Made by a program: the position numbers and the translations under genes. From Spirochaetota bacterium (lineage in GTDB: Bacteria; Spirochaetota; UBA4802; UB4802), in NCBI GenBank assembly GCA_035420565.1, contig DAOLVF010000001.1:23152-87151 (forward strand): a stretch of 64,000 nucleotides of DNA, in the 5' to 3' direction. Under the pieces are notes generated by a model, which saw only the letters and a list, made by a program, of their open reading frames with translations, was not told the DNA's origin and searched no databases. Positions 30,236-40,680 of this stretch are shown here, in pieces (the first letter of the stretch is position 1; each line of letters opens with the position of its first letter).

Positions 30236-30242
30236 GGTGTAT

Positions 30243-31190
30243 ATGATTTATCCAATTAAATTATTCTCGGGAACATCAAATTATGCATTAGCTCAGGATA
30301 TAGCTCATTATTTAGGTATTGAGCTTTCTGAAATTGAAATAAAAAAATTTAAAGATGGTGAAATATCTGTTAAAATTCTGGAGAATGTTCGCAGCGTTGA
30401 TGTTTTTTTAATACAATCTACCAGCAATCCTGCCAATGATAACATAATGGAATTGCTGTTGATGGTAGATGCCGCAATGCGTGCTTCTGCTCAGCGTATT
30501 ACTGCAGTTATCCCTTATTATGGTTATGCACGACAGGACCGAAAAGTTGAACCGCGTGTTCCTATCTCTGCCAAGCTTATAGCTAACATGCTCCATGCTG
30601 CAGGTGTCAACCGTGTTCTTACCATGGAGTTACATTCCGATCAAATTCAGGGTTTTTTTGATATCCCCGTAGATAATCTCTTTGCATCTCCAGTTGTTAT
30701 TGAATATGTCAATGAATTGAATATACAAAATCCAACAGTGGTTTCTCCTGATGCAGGTGGAACTGAACGTGCTCGATTTTTAGCTCGTAATATCAGTGCC
30801 GAATTAGCAATCGTTGACAAGCGAAGACCAGAACCAAACAAATCGGAGGTGATGAATATCATTGGCGAGGAAAGCGTTAAAAATCACAACTGCATTATCA
30901 TTGATGATATGATTGATACAGCAGGTTCTATAGCACAAGCAGCAAATGCCTTAAAGAAGAGTGGAGCAAAAGATATTTATTGTACTGCCACGCATGCAGT
31001 GTTATCCGACAATGCTATCGAAAAACTTAAAAAGGCTGAATTTAAAGAAATCATATTAACCAATACAATAGATATCCCTGAACATAAAATATTACCCAAT
31101 ATGAAAATACTATCTATGGCACCACTTTTTGGAGAGGCAATACGAAGAATTCATAATGGAGAATCGGTAAGTTCATTATTTATACGATAA
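30243..31190 (+). CDS. prs: ribose-phosphate pyrophosphokinase
   Basis: KLFSG... plus the PRPP-binding motif IIIDDMIDTAGS. The track start is GTG at 30237. ATG at 30243 follows AGGGTG. Confidence 0.9.
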   Translation: MIYPIKLFSGTSNYALAQDIAHYLGIELSEIEIKKFKDGEISVKILENVRSVDVFLIQSTSNPANDNIMELLLMVDAAMRASAQRITAVIPYYGYARQDRKVEPRVPISAKLIANMLHAAGVNRVLTMELHSDQIQGFFDIPVDNLFASPVVIEYVNELNIQNPTVVSPDAGGTERARFLARNISAELAIVDKRRPEPNKSEVMNIIGEESVKNHNCIIIDDMIDTAGSIAQAANALKKSGAKDIYCTATHAVLSDNAIEKLKKAEFKEIILTNTIDIPEHKILPNMKILSMAPLFGEAIRRIHNGESVSSLFIR

Positions 31191-31265
31191 TGTCATAGTA
31201 AATAATTATTGAATTTTATACCATTTTTACTATAATGTATATTAAATTATCTGGAAGAGGTTGAT

Positions 31266-31889
31266 ATGGAAGCACAAGTATTACCAATTAAAACGAGATC
31301 AGAAATTGGGAAAAATGCCAATCATAGGCTCAGAGCACAGGGATACATCCCTGCTGTTCTATACTCCCATGGCGTATCACAGGCTGTAATGGTTGAGAAG
31401 AAGAATTTCTTTAAAATCTTCAAGGGACATATATCAGAAAATCTGCTCATTGACCTCCAATTTAATGATCATTCCAGTGCCCCGGTAAAAGCTTTTATAA
31501 AGGATTATCAACGACACCCTATAACGGATGAAATTTTACACCTTGATTTTTTTAAAGTAACAATGACCGAGACCATAACTACCAAAGCACCTATAGAAAT
31601 TATTGGAACTTCTATTGGTGTTAAGCAGGGTGGGATTTTAGAAGTAATTGAGCGCGAAATTGAAGTTGAGTGCCTACCAGCAGATTTACCTGAAAAGGTT
31701 CAAATTGATGTAACAAATTTAGCAATCGGGCAATCTATACATGTAAAGGATATTATAGCTCCAAACGGTGTTAAGATCCTAAGTTCACCTGAATCGGTTA
31801 TTGTAGCTGTACTTGCACCACATAAAGCCACCGAAGAGGTTGCACAACCAGCTGGGGAACAACCTCAAGAAACTGTTGAAGAACAGTAA
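31266..31889 (+). CDS. rplY: 50S ribosomal protein L25 / general stress protein Ctc
   Basis: KTRSEIGKNANHRLRAQGYIPAVLY. SD GGAAGAGG. Confidence 0.85.
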   Translation: MEAQVLPIKTRSEIGKNANHRLRAQGYIPAVLYSHGVSQAVMVEKKNFFKIFKGHISENLLIDLQFNDHSSAPVKAFIKDYQRHPITDEILHLDFFKVTMTETITTKAPIEIIGTSIGVKQGGILEVIEREIEVECLPADLPEKVQIDVTNLAIGQSIHVKDIIAPNGVKILSSPESVIVAVLAPHKATEEVAQPAGEQPQETVEEQ

Positions 31890-31914
31890 TTATTTAGTAA
31901 TGAGGTGTATGTAA

Positions 31915-32529
31915 TTGAAATTAATCGTAGGATTTGGAAATCCAGGCGAAGAATACTTCAATAACAGGCAAAACATTGGCTTTAAGGTTGTCGATATTCT
32001 TGGCAATAACGAGAATATTGACATACGTGTCAAAAAGAAAAAATCTATCATTGGACGTGGCAAAATTTCAGGTGAGGATGTCGTTTTGTTGAAACCTCAA
32101 ACCTTTGTTACCCTTATTGGTGAGTCAGTGCTGTATATTGCTTCTTTTTTACGTATCAATGTCCGTGATATTATCTGTGTCCTGGAAGATTCGTCTTTGC
32201 CTCTGGGCGAAATTCGTGTTGATTCCATTATGTCCAAGCTCAAGCACCCTGGAATAGAATCTATGACAAAGGCTTTGAAATCCGATAGATTTGCAAAAGT
32301 ACGAATTGGTATTGGCTACCCACATAAAGGCATAACGATGGAAGAACATCTGTTAAATGATTTCTCAGACGATGAAAATTTTATCTTAATAGATGTTCTC
32401 AATAAAGCCGAGGAGGTAGTACGAATGCTCATTAGCCACAGTATCGAAGAAATACAAAACAAATATAATCCTGAAGGTGCGCTGAAAATTAAAAAACGGC
32501 AATTGCCCAGGATACGTATCCGTAGATAA
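31915..32529 (+). CDS. pth: peptidyl-tRNA hydrolase
   Basis: MKLIVGFGNPGEEYFNNRQNIGF. TTG start after GAGGTG. Confidence 0.85.
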   Translation: MKLIVGFGNPGEEYFNNRQNIGFKVVDILGNNENIDIRVKKKKSIIGRGKISGEDVVLLKPQTFVTLIGESVLYIASFLRINVRDIICVLEDSSLPLGEIRVDSIMSKLKHPGIESMTKALKSDRFAKVRIGIGYPHKGITMEEHLLNDFSDDENFILIDVLNKAEEVVRMLISHSIEEIQNKYNPEGALKIKKRQLPRIRIRR

Positions 32530-32596
32530 GCATTTCCTTTTAACTTACTTCCTTTCTCATCCGATAATATCAATAAAAGTATACCTAATAACCACT

Positions 32597-33874
32597 ATGA
32601 ATACCAAACTACCAATTTTAATTACATTATTGTTATCATTTTTCATGAACAGCTACCTGTTTGGACAGAATTATAAAGATGCTATACACCAAAAAAAATT
32701 CTCTGAAGCTTTGACAATTATCCAATCCAAGCTTGACGATATATATTCAAAAAGATCCATTGAAAAGCAGATACCAACCACCTATGTTGCCATTGAAAAG
32801 ATTGAAGAAGGGGTTGATTTACAAAAGATTTTTTCAGAAAGAAAGATACAGCCATATTTTATAGAAAATAACGATACCCTCTATGCATTACATGCTGATG
32901 CAGCACTTTGTTATCAAAACATCTACAAATATCATGAAGCATTACAGCATTATTTTCAGGCATTACGCTTTACAACAATTGGAGAAAAGGATCATACAAT
33001 CTTTTATTCAATAGCACAAATTTTTAAAAAAATAAATAAATTTAATGCGTATGTGCTCTATTTAGAGGAAGCGTATGAAATTAAACCAGATAATTATGAT
33101 TATTCTTTAGAACTATCCTTAGCTCTTTCATCTGGCAAGAATAAAAAGAAAGCTTTATTTCATCTCAACCGTTATATTGCATCAAAAGGTGATAGTGTTC
33201 CCCCCAATCTCTATCTGATCGCTGCAAACTGCTATGAATCAATAGGAGATTACATCAAAGCATCCGAACAATATACATTATACCTTCATCATAAACCCAA
33301 TGATTACGCTGTTCTCTTTGCATTAGGCTACCTTGCTTATACAAAAATTTCGGATATGAAGTTAGCATACAAATCATTTATAAATGCTATCCCACTTTTC
33401 AATGAAAATGATTGGGTATTAAAAGGACTATCTTATACAATGTTAGGTGATATTGAATGTATGGATCTTAATTACAAAAATGGTTTAGAATACTATCTAC
33501 AGTCAATAGCCATATCGGAAAATATGAAAAAAATAATAGATGAAAAAAAAGCCAATATTAATACAATCAATGATAAAATAAACGTAATTAAATCAACATT
33601 GCTTGCTAATAAAGATATTGCATTATACCCCCAATATCAAACGCTAATGGATGAATTAGGAAACAATGAACTTGAATTACGGCAGCTTGAACATGAATAC
33701 AGCAAATTGAATGCAGGATTACTATCGTTTAAAATTGCTGTCGCCCATGAGAATATGATGCAATTTGCGCAAGCAATTGAATGGTATAACAAAACCATTG
33801 AGTATGGAATTAAAATAAGAGAATCCAGCAAAAAAATTGAAAAATTACAGCTAAAAATTTCCAGAGGATTTTAA
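32597..33874 (+). CDS. secreted TPR-repeat protein
   Basis: A hydrophobic N-terminal signal is followed by repeated TPR-like helix pairs (ALQHYFQALRF..., YLEEAYEIKPDNYDY...). Confidence 0.5.
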   Translation: MNTKLPILITLLLSFFMNSYLFGQNYKDAIHQKKFSEALTIIQSKLDDIYSKRSIEKQIPTTYVAIEKIEEGVDLQKIFSERKIQPYFIENNDTLYALHADAALCYQNIYKYHEALQHYFQALRFTTIGEKDHTIFYSIAQIFKKINKFNAYVLYLEEAYEIKPDNYDYSLELSLALSSGKNKKKALFHLNRYIASKGDSVPPNLYLIAANCYESIGDYIKASEQYTLYLHHKPNDYAVLFALGYLAYTKISDMKLAYKSFINAIPLFNENDWVLKGLSYTMLGDIECMDLNYKNGLEYYLQSIAISENMKKIIDEKKANINTINDKINVIKSTLLANKDIALYPQYQTLMDELGNNELELRQLEHEYSKLNAGLLSFKIAVAHENMMQFAQAIEWYNKTIEYGIKIRESSKKIEKLQLKISRGF

Positions 33875-33999
33875 TAAAAATTTTTTTATTGAAAAGATGT
33901 ATTATTTTATTAATGACAAAATCAATGACATTTCTAACATTCGTCATTACTTTAGTTTTTACTTCATGTTTACAAATTGTATTGTGAGGAGCATTCATT

Positions 34000-34746
34000 A
34001 TGTCAGGGCACTCTAAATGGGCTAATATTAAGCACAGAAAAGCTGCACAGGATGCAAAAAAGGGAAAAATATTTACCAAATTTATACGGGAAATCACCGT
34101 TGCCGCTCGCGTCGGTGGTGATGACCTCAATAGCAATCCTCGTTTACGGACTGCTGTTTTAAAAGCGCGTGAAAACAATATGCCAATGGAAAACATTGAA
34201 CGGGCAATAAAAAAAGGGACGGGAGCTCTTGATGGTTCAACATACGAAGAAGTACGCTATGAAGGGTACGGCCCCGGTGGGGTTGCCATCATGGTTGACT
34301 GCATGACTGACAATAAAAATAGAACAACGCCAGAGATACGCACTATATTTTCAAAAAATGGCGGAAATTTAGGCGAATCTGGATGTGTTTCATTCCTTTT
34401 TATTAGAAAAGGCGTCATTAACATTGATGCAAATGCAACAAATGAGGATAAGGTTATGGAAATCCTCCTTGATTATGATGTTGAGGATATAAAAACTGAA
34501 GATACTACCATTGTTGTCTATACCTCTCCTGATAAATTTAATGACATATTAGAAATCATACGTTCTCACAATCTGCCAACATTAAATAGTGAAATAACCT
34601 ATATTCCCAAAACAACCATCAATCTGGAAGGGCAAAAAGCATCACAATGTTTACGATTGATCGAAGCTCTTGAAGATCATGATGACGTACAGGATGTATA
34701 CGCCAATTTTGATATCCCGGATGATATTATTAATAGTATGAGCTAA
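34000..34746 (+). CDS. yebC: YebC/PmpR family transcriptional regulator
   Basis: MSGHSKWANIKHRKAAQDAKKGKIFTKFIREI. Confidence 0.9.
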   Translation: MSGHSKWANIKHRKAAQDAKKGKIFTKFIREITVAARVGGDDLNSNPRLRTAVLKARENNMPMENIERAIKKGTGALDGSTYEEVRYEGYGPGGVAIMVDCMTDNKNRTTPEIRTIFSKNGGNLGESGCVSFLFIRKGVINIDANATNEDKVMEILLDYDVEDIKTEDTTIVVYTSPDKFNDILEIIRSHNLPTLNSEITYIPKTTINLEGQKASQCLRLIEALEDHDDVQDVYANFDIPDDIINSMS

Positions 34747-34751
34747 TCGAT

Positions 34752-35240
34752 GTGGCAACTATAATGGGAATTGACCCCGGTTATGGACGCTGTGGTTGGG
34801 CGATAGTAACCGATAGATTAACCTATATTGACTGTGGTGTTATTGAAACAACTCCTGGTGACGAAGGTGAAAGACTTTTTACTATATATCAAAGTGTAGG
34901 TGATTTAATTGCTTTATATCAGCCTCAATCGTGTGGATTGGAAAAATTGTTTTTCAGTAAAAATACTAAAACTGCTCTATCGGTAGTGCAGGTCATAGGT
35001 GTTTGTAAGTTAATACTAACTCAGCATGCTATACCTTATTCTGAATATACACCAATGCAGATAAAACAATCTATTACCGGATATGGAAGATCTTCAAAAG
35101 AGCAACTATCGACCATGCTGAGAAAAATTTTAAAATGCGATACAATACATAATTATGATGATGCATTTGATGCAATTGCAATAGCACTATGTCATTGTCT
35201 GGCAACTCCAGAAAGATCATTATTACACCAAAAAGTATAA
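34752..35240 (+). CDS. ruvC: crossover junction endodeoxyribonuclease RuvC
   Basis: IMGIDPGYGRCGWAIV. The GTG start gives MATIMGIDPG, which is collinear with E. coli RuvC. Confidence 0.9.
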   Translation: MATIMGIDPGYGRCGWAIVTDRLTYIDCGVIETTPGDEGERLFTIYQSVGDLIALYQPQSCGLEKLFFSKNTKTALSVVQVIGVCKLILTQHAIPYSEYTPMQIKQSITGYGRSSKEQLSTMLRKILKCDTIHNYDDAFDAIAIALCHCLATPERSLLHQKV

Positions 35241-35264
35241 ATTTATTTCAATTTTGAGTTTTAT

Positions 35265-35849
35265 ATGATTGCATTTCTTAAAGGCAAAAAAATATCTATT
35301 AAACCAACAAAAGTTATCGTTGATGTTAATGGGGTAGGGTACGAGGTTACCATCCCCCTATCTACCTATGAAAAAATAAGTTCTGTAGCTACTATCGAGC
35401 TTTATATTGCTATGGTAGTCAGAGAAAACTCCGTTGCCCTGTATGGCTTTAGTTCAGAAGAAGAAAAGCAGATGTTTGCAATCCTTACATCAATTCCCGG
35501 GGTAGGCCCATCCATTGCAATATCAATTTTATCATCTATGTCGCCTCACTATATTACCAACGCCGTGAAAGCTGAAAATATTCTTGCCTTTACCGCTATA
35601 CCAGGAATTGGAAAAAGTAAAAGCGAAAAAATAATCTTTGAACTAAAACGCAAACTTCGGAAATTAGAAGCCACTGTTCAGCATCCTGCTACAACATCCC
35701 CCGATAGACAGGACGCTATCGATGCATTGGTGTCATTAGGCTTTGATGAAAAACTTGCAATGTCTACTATTTCTTCAATTATCACAAGCAATCCTGATTG
35801 TGATTTAGAGACAATAATCCGATTATCATTGAAACAATTATCGCAATAA
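35265..35849 (+). CDS. ruvA: Holliday junction branch-migration protein RuvA
   Basis: MIAFLKGKKISIKPTKVIVDVNGVGYEV. HhH motifs (IPGVGPSIA, IPGIGKSKSEKII). Confidence 0.9.
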   Translation: MIAFLKGKKISIKPTKVIVDVNGVGYEVTIPLSTYEKISSVATIELYIAMVVRENSVALYGFSSEEEKQMFAILTSIPGVGPSIAISILSSMSPHYITNAVKAENILAFTAIPGIGKSKSEKIIFELKRKLRKLEATVQHPATTSPDRQDAIDALVSLGFDEKLAMSTISSIITSNPDCDLETIIRLSLKQLSQ

Positions 35850-36348
35850 TCATGGATATTGATTTATCATGATTGGAAGTTCTACAGTATTGCATGATTA
35901 GTGTTGTAAATTTTGCTTGTTTTTGCTTGTTATTTAAAGAGAGTTCATGATGGTCAGCATGCTGACACTGAGAGGGAATGAAAAAAATAGTTGCCAGCAG
36001 TCATCCTGAACTCATTTCGGAATTTACAGTTACATATTGCGATTCCGGTTAAAGCCCGGAATGACAGGAGTCCATATTATATATTTTCCGAGGAGTTAAA
36101 ATTTGATATACAATTGTTATTCATTACAGTTCTTTATTGAAAGAAATCGAATGATAAATGCTTAAACACCTGAATAATAGTAAAATTAAACTATATTAAA
36201 CATAATGAAATATTAAGTCTTATTTATATAATCTAATTTAAACTATTTGTAAATTTTTTTTATGAACATACAATATTATCATTGATTTTTATAAGTATTT
36301 TTTATATTATAAATTTTATAATAAAAATTTATTCAAACGAGGTGCATC

Positions 36349-36885
36349 ATGAAAATTGAAATAACCATATTAGGATTATTGATGGAAGAAAATCTTTATG
36401 GCTATGAAATTAAAAAGCGTATAGTTGAACGCCTTGAAGATTATGTAGATATTAAATTTGGTTCAATTTATTATGCAATTAAGAAAGCATTAGATAATGG
36501 CTGGGTAAAAAAAATAGGTACCGAAAAGGAAGGAGGTAATCCTGAGCGGTACATATATCAAATACTGCCTGACGGACGAAAATACTATAAAAAGATGCTG
36601 AAACAATATTTTGACCATAATTTCATACATTTTGATATTGATATCGTATTGATGTTCCTGAATTCTCTTTCTCCTGAACAAAAAGAACAATTCATAGAAG
36701 ATCGTGTTGAGCATATAAAAGATAAGATGAATGCATTAAAAGAAAAAATTGATACTGAATTAAAAAATAATTCACCAAACTCTCAGTTACACGTTTATAC
36801 CTATCTAGAAAATCATCTCAAAGCTGAATTAAACTGGCTGAAATCCCTTAAAAAGGGCGAAGTATTAACAGAGGTTGAACAGTAA
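36349..36885 (+). CDS. PadR family transcriptional regulator
   Basis: LYGYEIKKRIVERLEDYVDIKFGSIYYAIKKALDNGWV is a PadR-like winged helix. SD GAGGTG. Confidence 0.55.
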   Translation: MKIEITILGLLMEENLYGYEIKKRIVERLEDYVDIKFGSIYYAIKKALDNGWVKKIGTEKEGGNPERYIYQILPDGRKYYKKMLKQYFDHNFIHFDIDIVLMFLNSLSPEQKEQFIEDRVEHIKDKMNALKEKIDTELKNNSPNSQLHVYTYLENHLKAELNWLKSLKKGEVLTEVEQ

Positions 36886-36888
36886 GTT

Positions 36889-37932
36889 TTATTTGTTTAA
36901 AATATATTCCAGATAATCAGCTTGTTTGCTCTGAATTAATTTTTCCAGTGTATATTTAAGTTGTGATAGCTCATTTTGATATCTATATGCTTCAGTTTTG
37001 ATGAGCTCTTGTCTGGGGGAGTCTGCATAAGCAAGAGCTTTTTTTTCATTTATATCCATAATATGCAACACATTTGCATGATGTTTTTTAGCTAACGAAA
37101 CCAGCAATGCTTGCGTCAACTCTGGAGAAGTTGACCTTCTTAAATCTTCCCGTGTTATTTTAGTAACAACAACTGTATTTTGTGCTTTCAATGTGGCTGT
37201 TCTGTGCATTGAAAGCAGCATTGCAATCTCACCGATAACAGTACTTTTTTCAGATATCGTTGCCACTTTTGAATTTTGTATATAAACCTCTAATTGCCCT
37301 GACTCTAATATATACATTGCATCACCCACCGAACCTTCTTCACATAATAGCGAACCAGGAGGAAACTCTATCATATTTGCAGATAGTTCCCTGGGAGTAT
37401 CAATTCGTAATGATTCGTTTGCCCGCGAAAATGCTTCACCTTTTTTAAATGTTATGCTGGTTTTAAATTTATCAATTAGATCTTTTAACCATGGCAGTTT
37501 TCTTTTTTCATATTCCAGTTGCAGTGAATGCACAATAGTGTAATATTCAATACATATATTCCGTTCTTTCACCAGTTGAGAATCGATTTGCATATTTTTC
37601 TTCAAAATGTCATTTGTCAATACAACAACTTTAGCTTCAACTATAGCCAGATTCATGGTAAAAGCAGTATTATTTAAACTCTGTATAATAGTATTAGCAG
37701 GAATTTTTTTTATTGTTGTACCTTTGACAGCTAAGGCTGTTTCAAGTCTGTGTATATTTTCATACGTTTTGCTGTTTAATACTGGTTCCGTGGCACCTAT
37801 AATTACATTCTTCCCCTGCAAAACATATTTATCAGCTTCTGTGACAAATAAAAATACTGTACCATCAGCAATCATATATGCATTATCAGCAATAGCATTT
37901 TTTTTATATAATTGTAAAAGTTGTTCATCCAT
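36889..37932 (-). CDS. cyclic-nucleotide-binding (CAP-like effector domain) protein
   Basis: The C-terminal half carries FPPGSLLCEEGSVGDAMYILESGQLEVY...IGEIAMLL..RTATLKA, a cNMP-binding fold. A second degenerate copy sits N-terminally. The 5' end overlaps the upstream CheY gene by 8 nt. Confidence 0.55.
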   Translation of the reverse strand: MDEQLLQLYKKNAIADNAYMIADGTVFLFVTEADKYVLQGKNVIIGATEPVLNSKTYENIHRLETALAVKGTTIKKIPANTIIQSLNNTAFTMNLAIVEAKVVVLTNDILKKNMQIDSQLVKERNICIEYYTIVHSLQLEYEKRKLPWLKDLIDKFKTSITFKKGEAFSRANESLRIDTPRELSANMIEFPPGSLLCEEGSVGDAMYILESGQLEVYIQNSKVATISEKSTVIGEIAMLLSMHRTATLKAQNTVVVTKITREDLRRSTSPELTQALLVSLAKKHHANVLHIMDINEKKALAYADSPRQELIKTEAYRYQNELSQLKYTLEKLIQSKQADYLEYILNK

Positions 37933-38290
37933 TGTTTAAGACTTTTTCTATTGCATCTAATAGTTCCTGCTTTTCAAAAGGTTTTGATAAAAATAGCCTA
38001 GCATTAATATCTTTCTCATTTATTTTTAAAGTTCTTTCATTCAATGCTGATATTATGATGATTTTAGCATCAGGATAATCACTGGTAATTTCTGAAATAG
38101 CTTCTAATCCATCCTTCCCCCACATGGTAATATCCATGGTAACAACATCGGGTTTCACTTCTTTATACTTTGACAATGCATCTAAACCATTATCAACCTC
38201 CGCAACAACCTGATGACCTGCCTCCTCTAATGTTTGATGAATAATTCGACGCATAAAACTTGAATCATCAACTATCATACAGCGCGCCAT
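37925..38290 (-). CDS. CheY-like single-domain response regulator
   Basis: MIVDDSSFMRR...DVVTMDITMWGKDGLE...IIIISAL...SKPF. The track start is TTG at 38326. An ATG at 38290 (MARCM) or 38296 with GAGGT is more plausible. Confidence 0.7.
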   Translation of the reverse strand: MARCMIVDDSSFMRRIIHQTLEEAGHQVVAEVDNGLDALSKYKEVKPDVVTMDITMWGKDGLEAISEITSDYPDAKIIIISALNERTLKINEKDINARLFLSKPFEKQELLDAIEKVLNNG

Positions 38291-38396
38291 TTTCATAACC
38301 TCAATAACAATTAATATTACACACAATTACTATTGACAATGCAATCTACTCATACTACTAATAACCATATAACTATATTTACGTCAAGGCTTTATT

Positions 38397-39122
38397 ATGC
38401 ACATCAAAATGAAAGAAAAGCAAATTACCAAATATGTCAAAACTGTTGGCAAAGCAATCAACACGTATACAATGATAGAAGCAGGCGATACTATTTGCAT
38501 AGCATTATCAGGCGGTAAAGATTCATTAGTTTGCATGGATGCCTTATATCGCCGGCTATCGTATTTACCTATTCATTATACTCTATATTGCTGTCATGTA
38601 AATGTGACAAATTTTAATAATAAACCAATAAATATTCTTCAATCATACTGTTCAATATATAATATACCCCTGATAATTAAAGACATTACACTTGATCTTT
38701 CTATCAAAGGGTCATCCCCGTGCTTTGTTTGTTCATGGTACCGGAGAAAAGCTCTTTTTGAAACAGCAGCACAGCTCAACTGCAAAAAGATAGCGTTTGG
38801 GCATAATCAAGATGATATAATAACAACCTTTTTTTTAAATATGCTTTATCATGGAAAACTATCGACCATGCCACCAAAATTAAAAATGTTCAACGGTGCA
38901 TTGGAAATCATCAGGCCTCTGGCTTTTTTAACCGAAGCACAGATCAAAGGTTATATAAAAGCCCTTCCACTATCACCTATTGAAAATGAATGTCCTTACA
39001 AAGATTGCACAAAACGATATCAAATGAAAGAACTTTTAAAAAATCTTAATAAAACAATCAAAGGAGCCCAGACAAATATTTTTCATTCATTGAGCCATTG
39101 GGATGATGACTATTTACTTTAA
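38397..39122 (+). CDS. ttcA: TtcA-like PP-loop ATPase (tRNA 2-thiocytidine synthetase family)
   Basis: PP-loop SGGKDS plus a CFVCSWYRRKAL cysteine motif, as in TtcA. Confidence 0.65.
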   Translation: MHIKMKEKQITKYVKTVGKAINTYTMIEAGDTICIALSGGKDSLVCMDALYRRLSYLPIHYTLYCCHVNVTNFNNKPINILQSYCSIYNIPLIIKDITLDLSIKGSSPCFVCSWYRRKALFETAAQLNCKKIAFGHNQDDIITTFFLNMLYHGKLSTMPPKLKMFNGALEIIRPLAFLTEAQIKGYIKALPLSPIENECPYKDCTKRYQMKELLKNLNKTIKGAQTNIFHSLSHWDDDYLL

Positions 39123-39191
39123 GTTTTTCCACACCCACCCGATGGTCTGAAACAATATATCTCATCACCATTATGTAGCTTTTTATATATT

Positions 39192-39656
39192 TCAATTTGT
39201 CTTTTTTTGCACAACATCAGTATGATCCTTTATCTCACATTGCTGTCGGTATTCCGACCCAACCACCAGTGAATTACCATATTTTTTATAATCTGCCATG
39301 CAGAATGCCTTTGTCATGGTTATAGAATTTCTAGGGCAAATATCAACACACTCCTTACAAAAGGTACATCGCGTTAAATAGATGACTATCCTTTTTGTCT
39401 TCTTATTGTTAACTTCAGCAGAATATAATTCAATTGCATTAGCTGGACATACTTTACTGCATAAACCACAGCCTGTACAACTCTGAAAATCGTATTCCAG
39501 CCTGCCTCTGAATCCTTCTTTAACGACAATTGGTGGATGTATTATTCCCTGGTTAAGGTATTGTTTAGTATTATTGGGAATATATTTCGTAGGAAAACAA
39601 TTGGTGGATTTTTTTGAAAAGATCTGTTCAATGACTTTATATACCATACCTAACAT
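39192..39656 (-). CDS. mbhN: Mbh-type hydrogenase 2x[4Fe-4S] ferredoxin subunit (NuoI/MbhN-like)
   Basis: CTGCGLCSKVCP and CTFCKECVDICP. AGGTG precedes the ATG. It is the last gene of the cluster. Confidence 0.7.
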   Translation of the reverse strand: MLGMVYKVIEQIFSKKSTNCFPTKYIPNNTKQYLNQGIIHPPIVVKEGFRGRLEYDFQSCTGCGLCSKVCPANAIELYSAEVNNKKTKRIVIYLTRCTFCKECVDICPRNSITMTKAFCMADYKKYGNSLVVGSEYRQQCEIKDHTDVVQKKTN

Positions 39657-39666
39657 GGCACACCTA

Positions 39667-40680
39667 CTATATAATCCTCATATTTGGATCAAGCATAATA
39701 AGTATTAACCCAATAATACTGATTGCTGTTATTGCAAAAAGAAAAAAACGCGCAACCTGTGATATTTTTAAACGTGCCATAATAACACGGATAAAGGTTA
39801 TCCCAAAACTGTAAATCACTATAATCTTAAATAATAAAAATGCTATTTCAACAAAAGGGGCCACTCTATGTCCATACATCTGAAAAGATATACCAAACAA
39901 TTGGGACAGCGTATATGGGAAAAAAAGTATTATAACAAGCATTGAAAGTGCTAATGCTTTAAAAGCATCAGTTAATAGTATAAATGCCAGTAGCTTACCC
40001 GAATATTCAACTGAAACACCTTCTGCAAGTTCAGTTTCAGCCTCGGCCTGATCAAAAGGCACTCTGGACATTTCAGCTGGCAAAACAAGCTCCATAGCAA
40101 AAAACAATAATATGCCACCCAATACCCCAAATGCACCAGCATTATGCCATAGTGGATATTCAAATAATGATGACATAGCAAAAGGATCAGCCATACTATC
40201 TGCTACATGCCATGCAACACTAATTATTACTACAGCTATTGGTAATTCTATACTCATAAGTATTACCATTTCACGCTGAGCACCAATCGCAGCATACGGT
40301 GAACCAGACGAAAAAGCACCAGTAACTATTGCTATAGAAGGGATAAGAATACAATACAATACTACAATTAAATCACCCTGCAAAGTAGTATCAATGCCAG
40401 TGATGTAGAATATATATGGCATCGAAATATATAATAGTAGCAATACACTTGATGCCAGAGCTATTACAGGAGCAGATGAAAACAACCACCTCACCGCTGT
40501 TACCGGTATAATAGTTTGTTTATACACCAATTTAATGATATCATAAACTGGCTGTAAAAGGGGTGGCCCAATTCTTGACTGGAAATATGCTGCTATTTTC
40601 CGATCTATCCCCTTCAACAAAAGTCCTAATATTAATCCAACTATCGTAATGATGAGAGCTATGGCAAGTACCATAATCAT
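39667..40680 (-). CDS. mbhM: NuoH/MbhM-like membrane subunit
   Basis: A polytopic membrane protein in the position of mbhM. It overlaps the mbhL stop by 4 nt. Confidence 0.6.
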   Translation of the reverse strand: MIMVLAIALIITIVGLILGLLLKGIDRKIAAYFQSRIGPPLLQPVYDIIKLVYKQTIIPVTAVRWLFSSAPVIALASSVLLLLYISMPYIFYITGIDTTLQGDLIVVLYCILIPSIAIVTGAFSSGSPYAAIGAQREMVILMSIELPIAVVIISVAWHVADSMADPFAMSSLFEYPLWHNAGAFGVLGGILLFFAMELVLPAEMSRVPFDQAEAETELAEGVSVEYSGKLLAFILLTDAFKALALSMLVIILFFPYTLSQLFGISFQMYGHRVAPFVEIAFLLFKIIVIYSFGITFIRVIMARLKISQVARFFLFAITAISIIGLILIMLDPNMRII

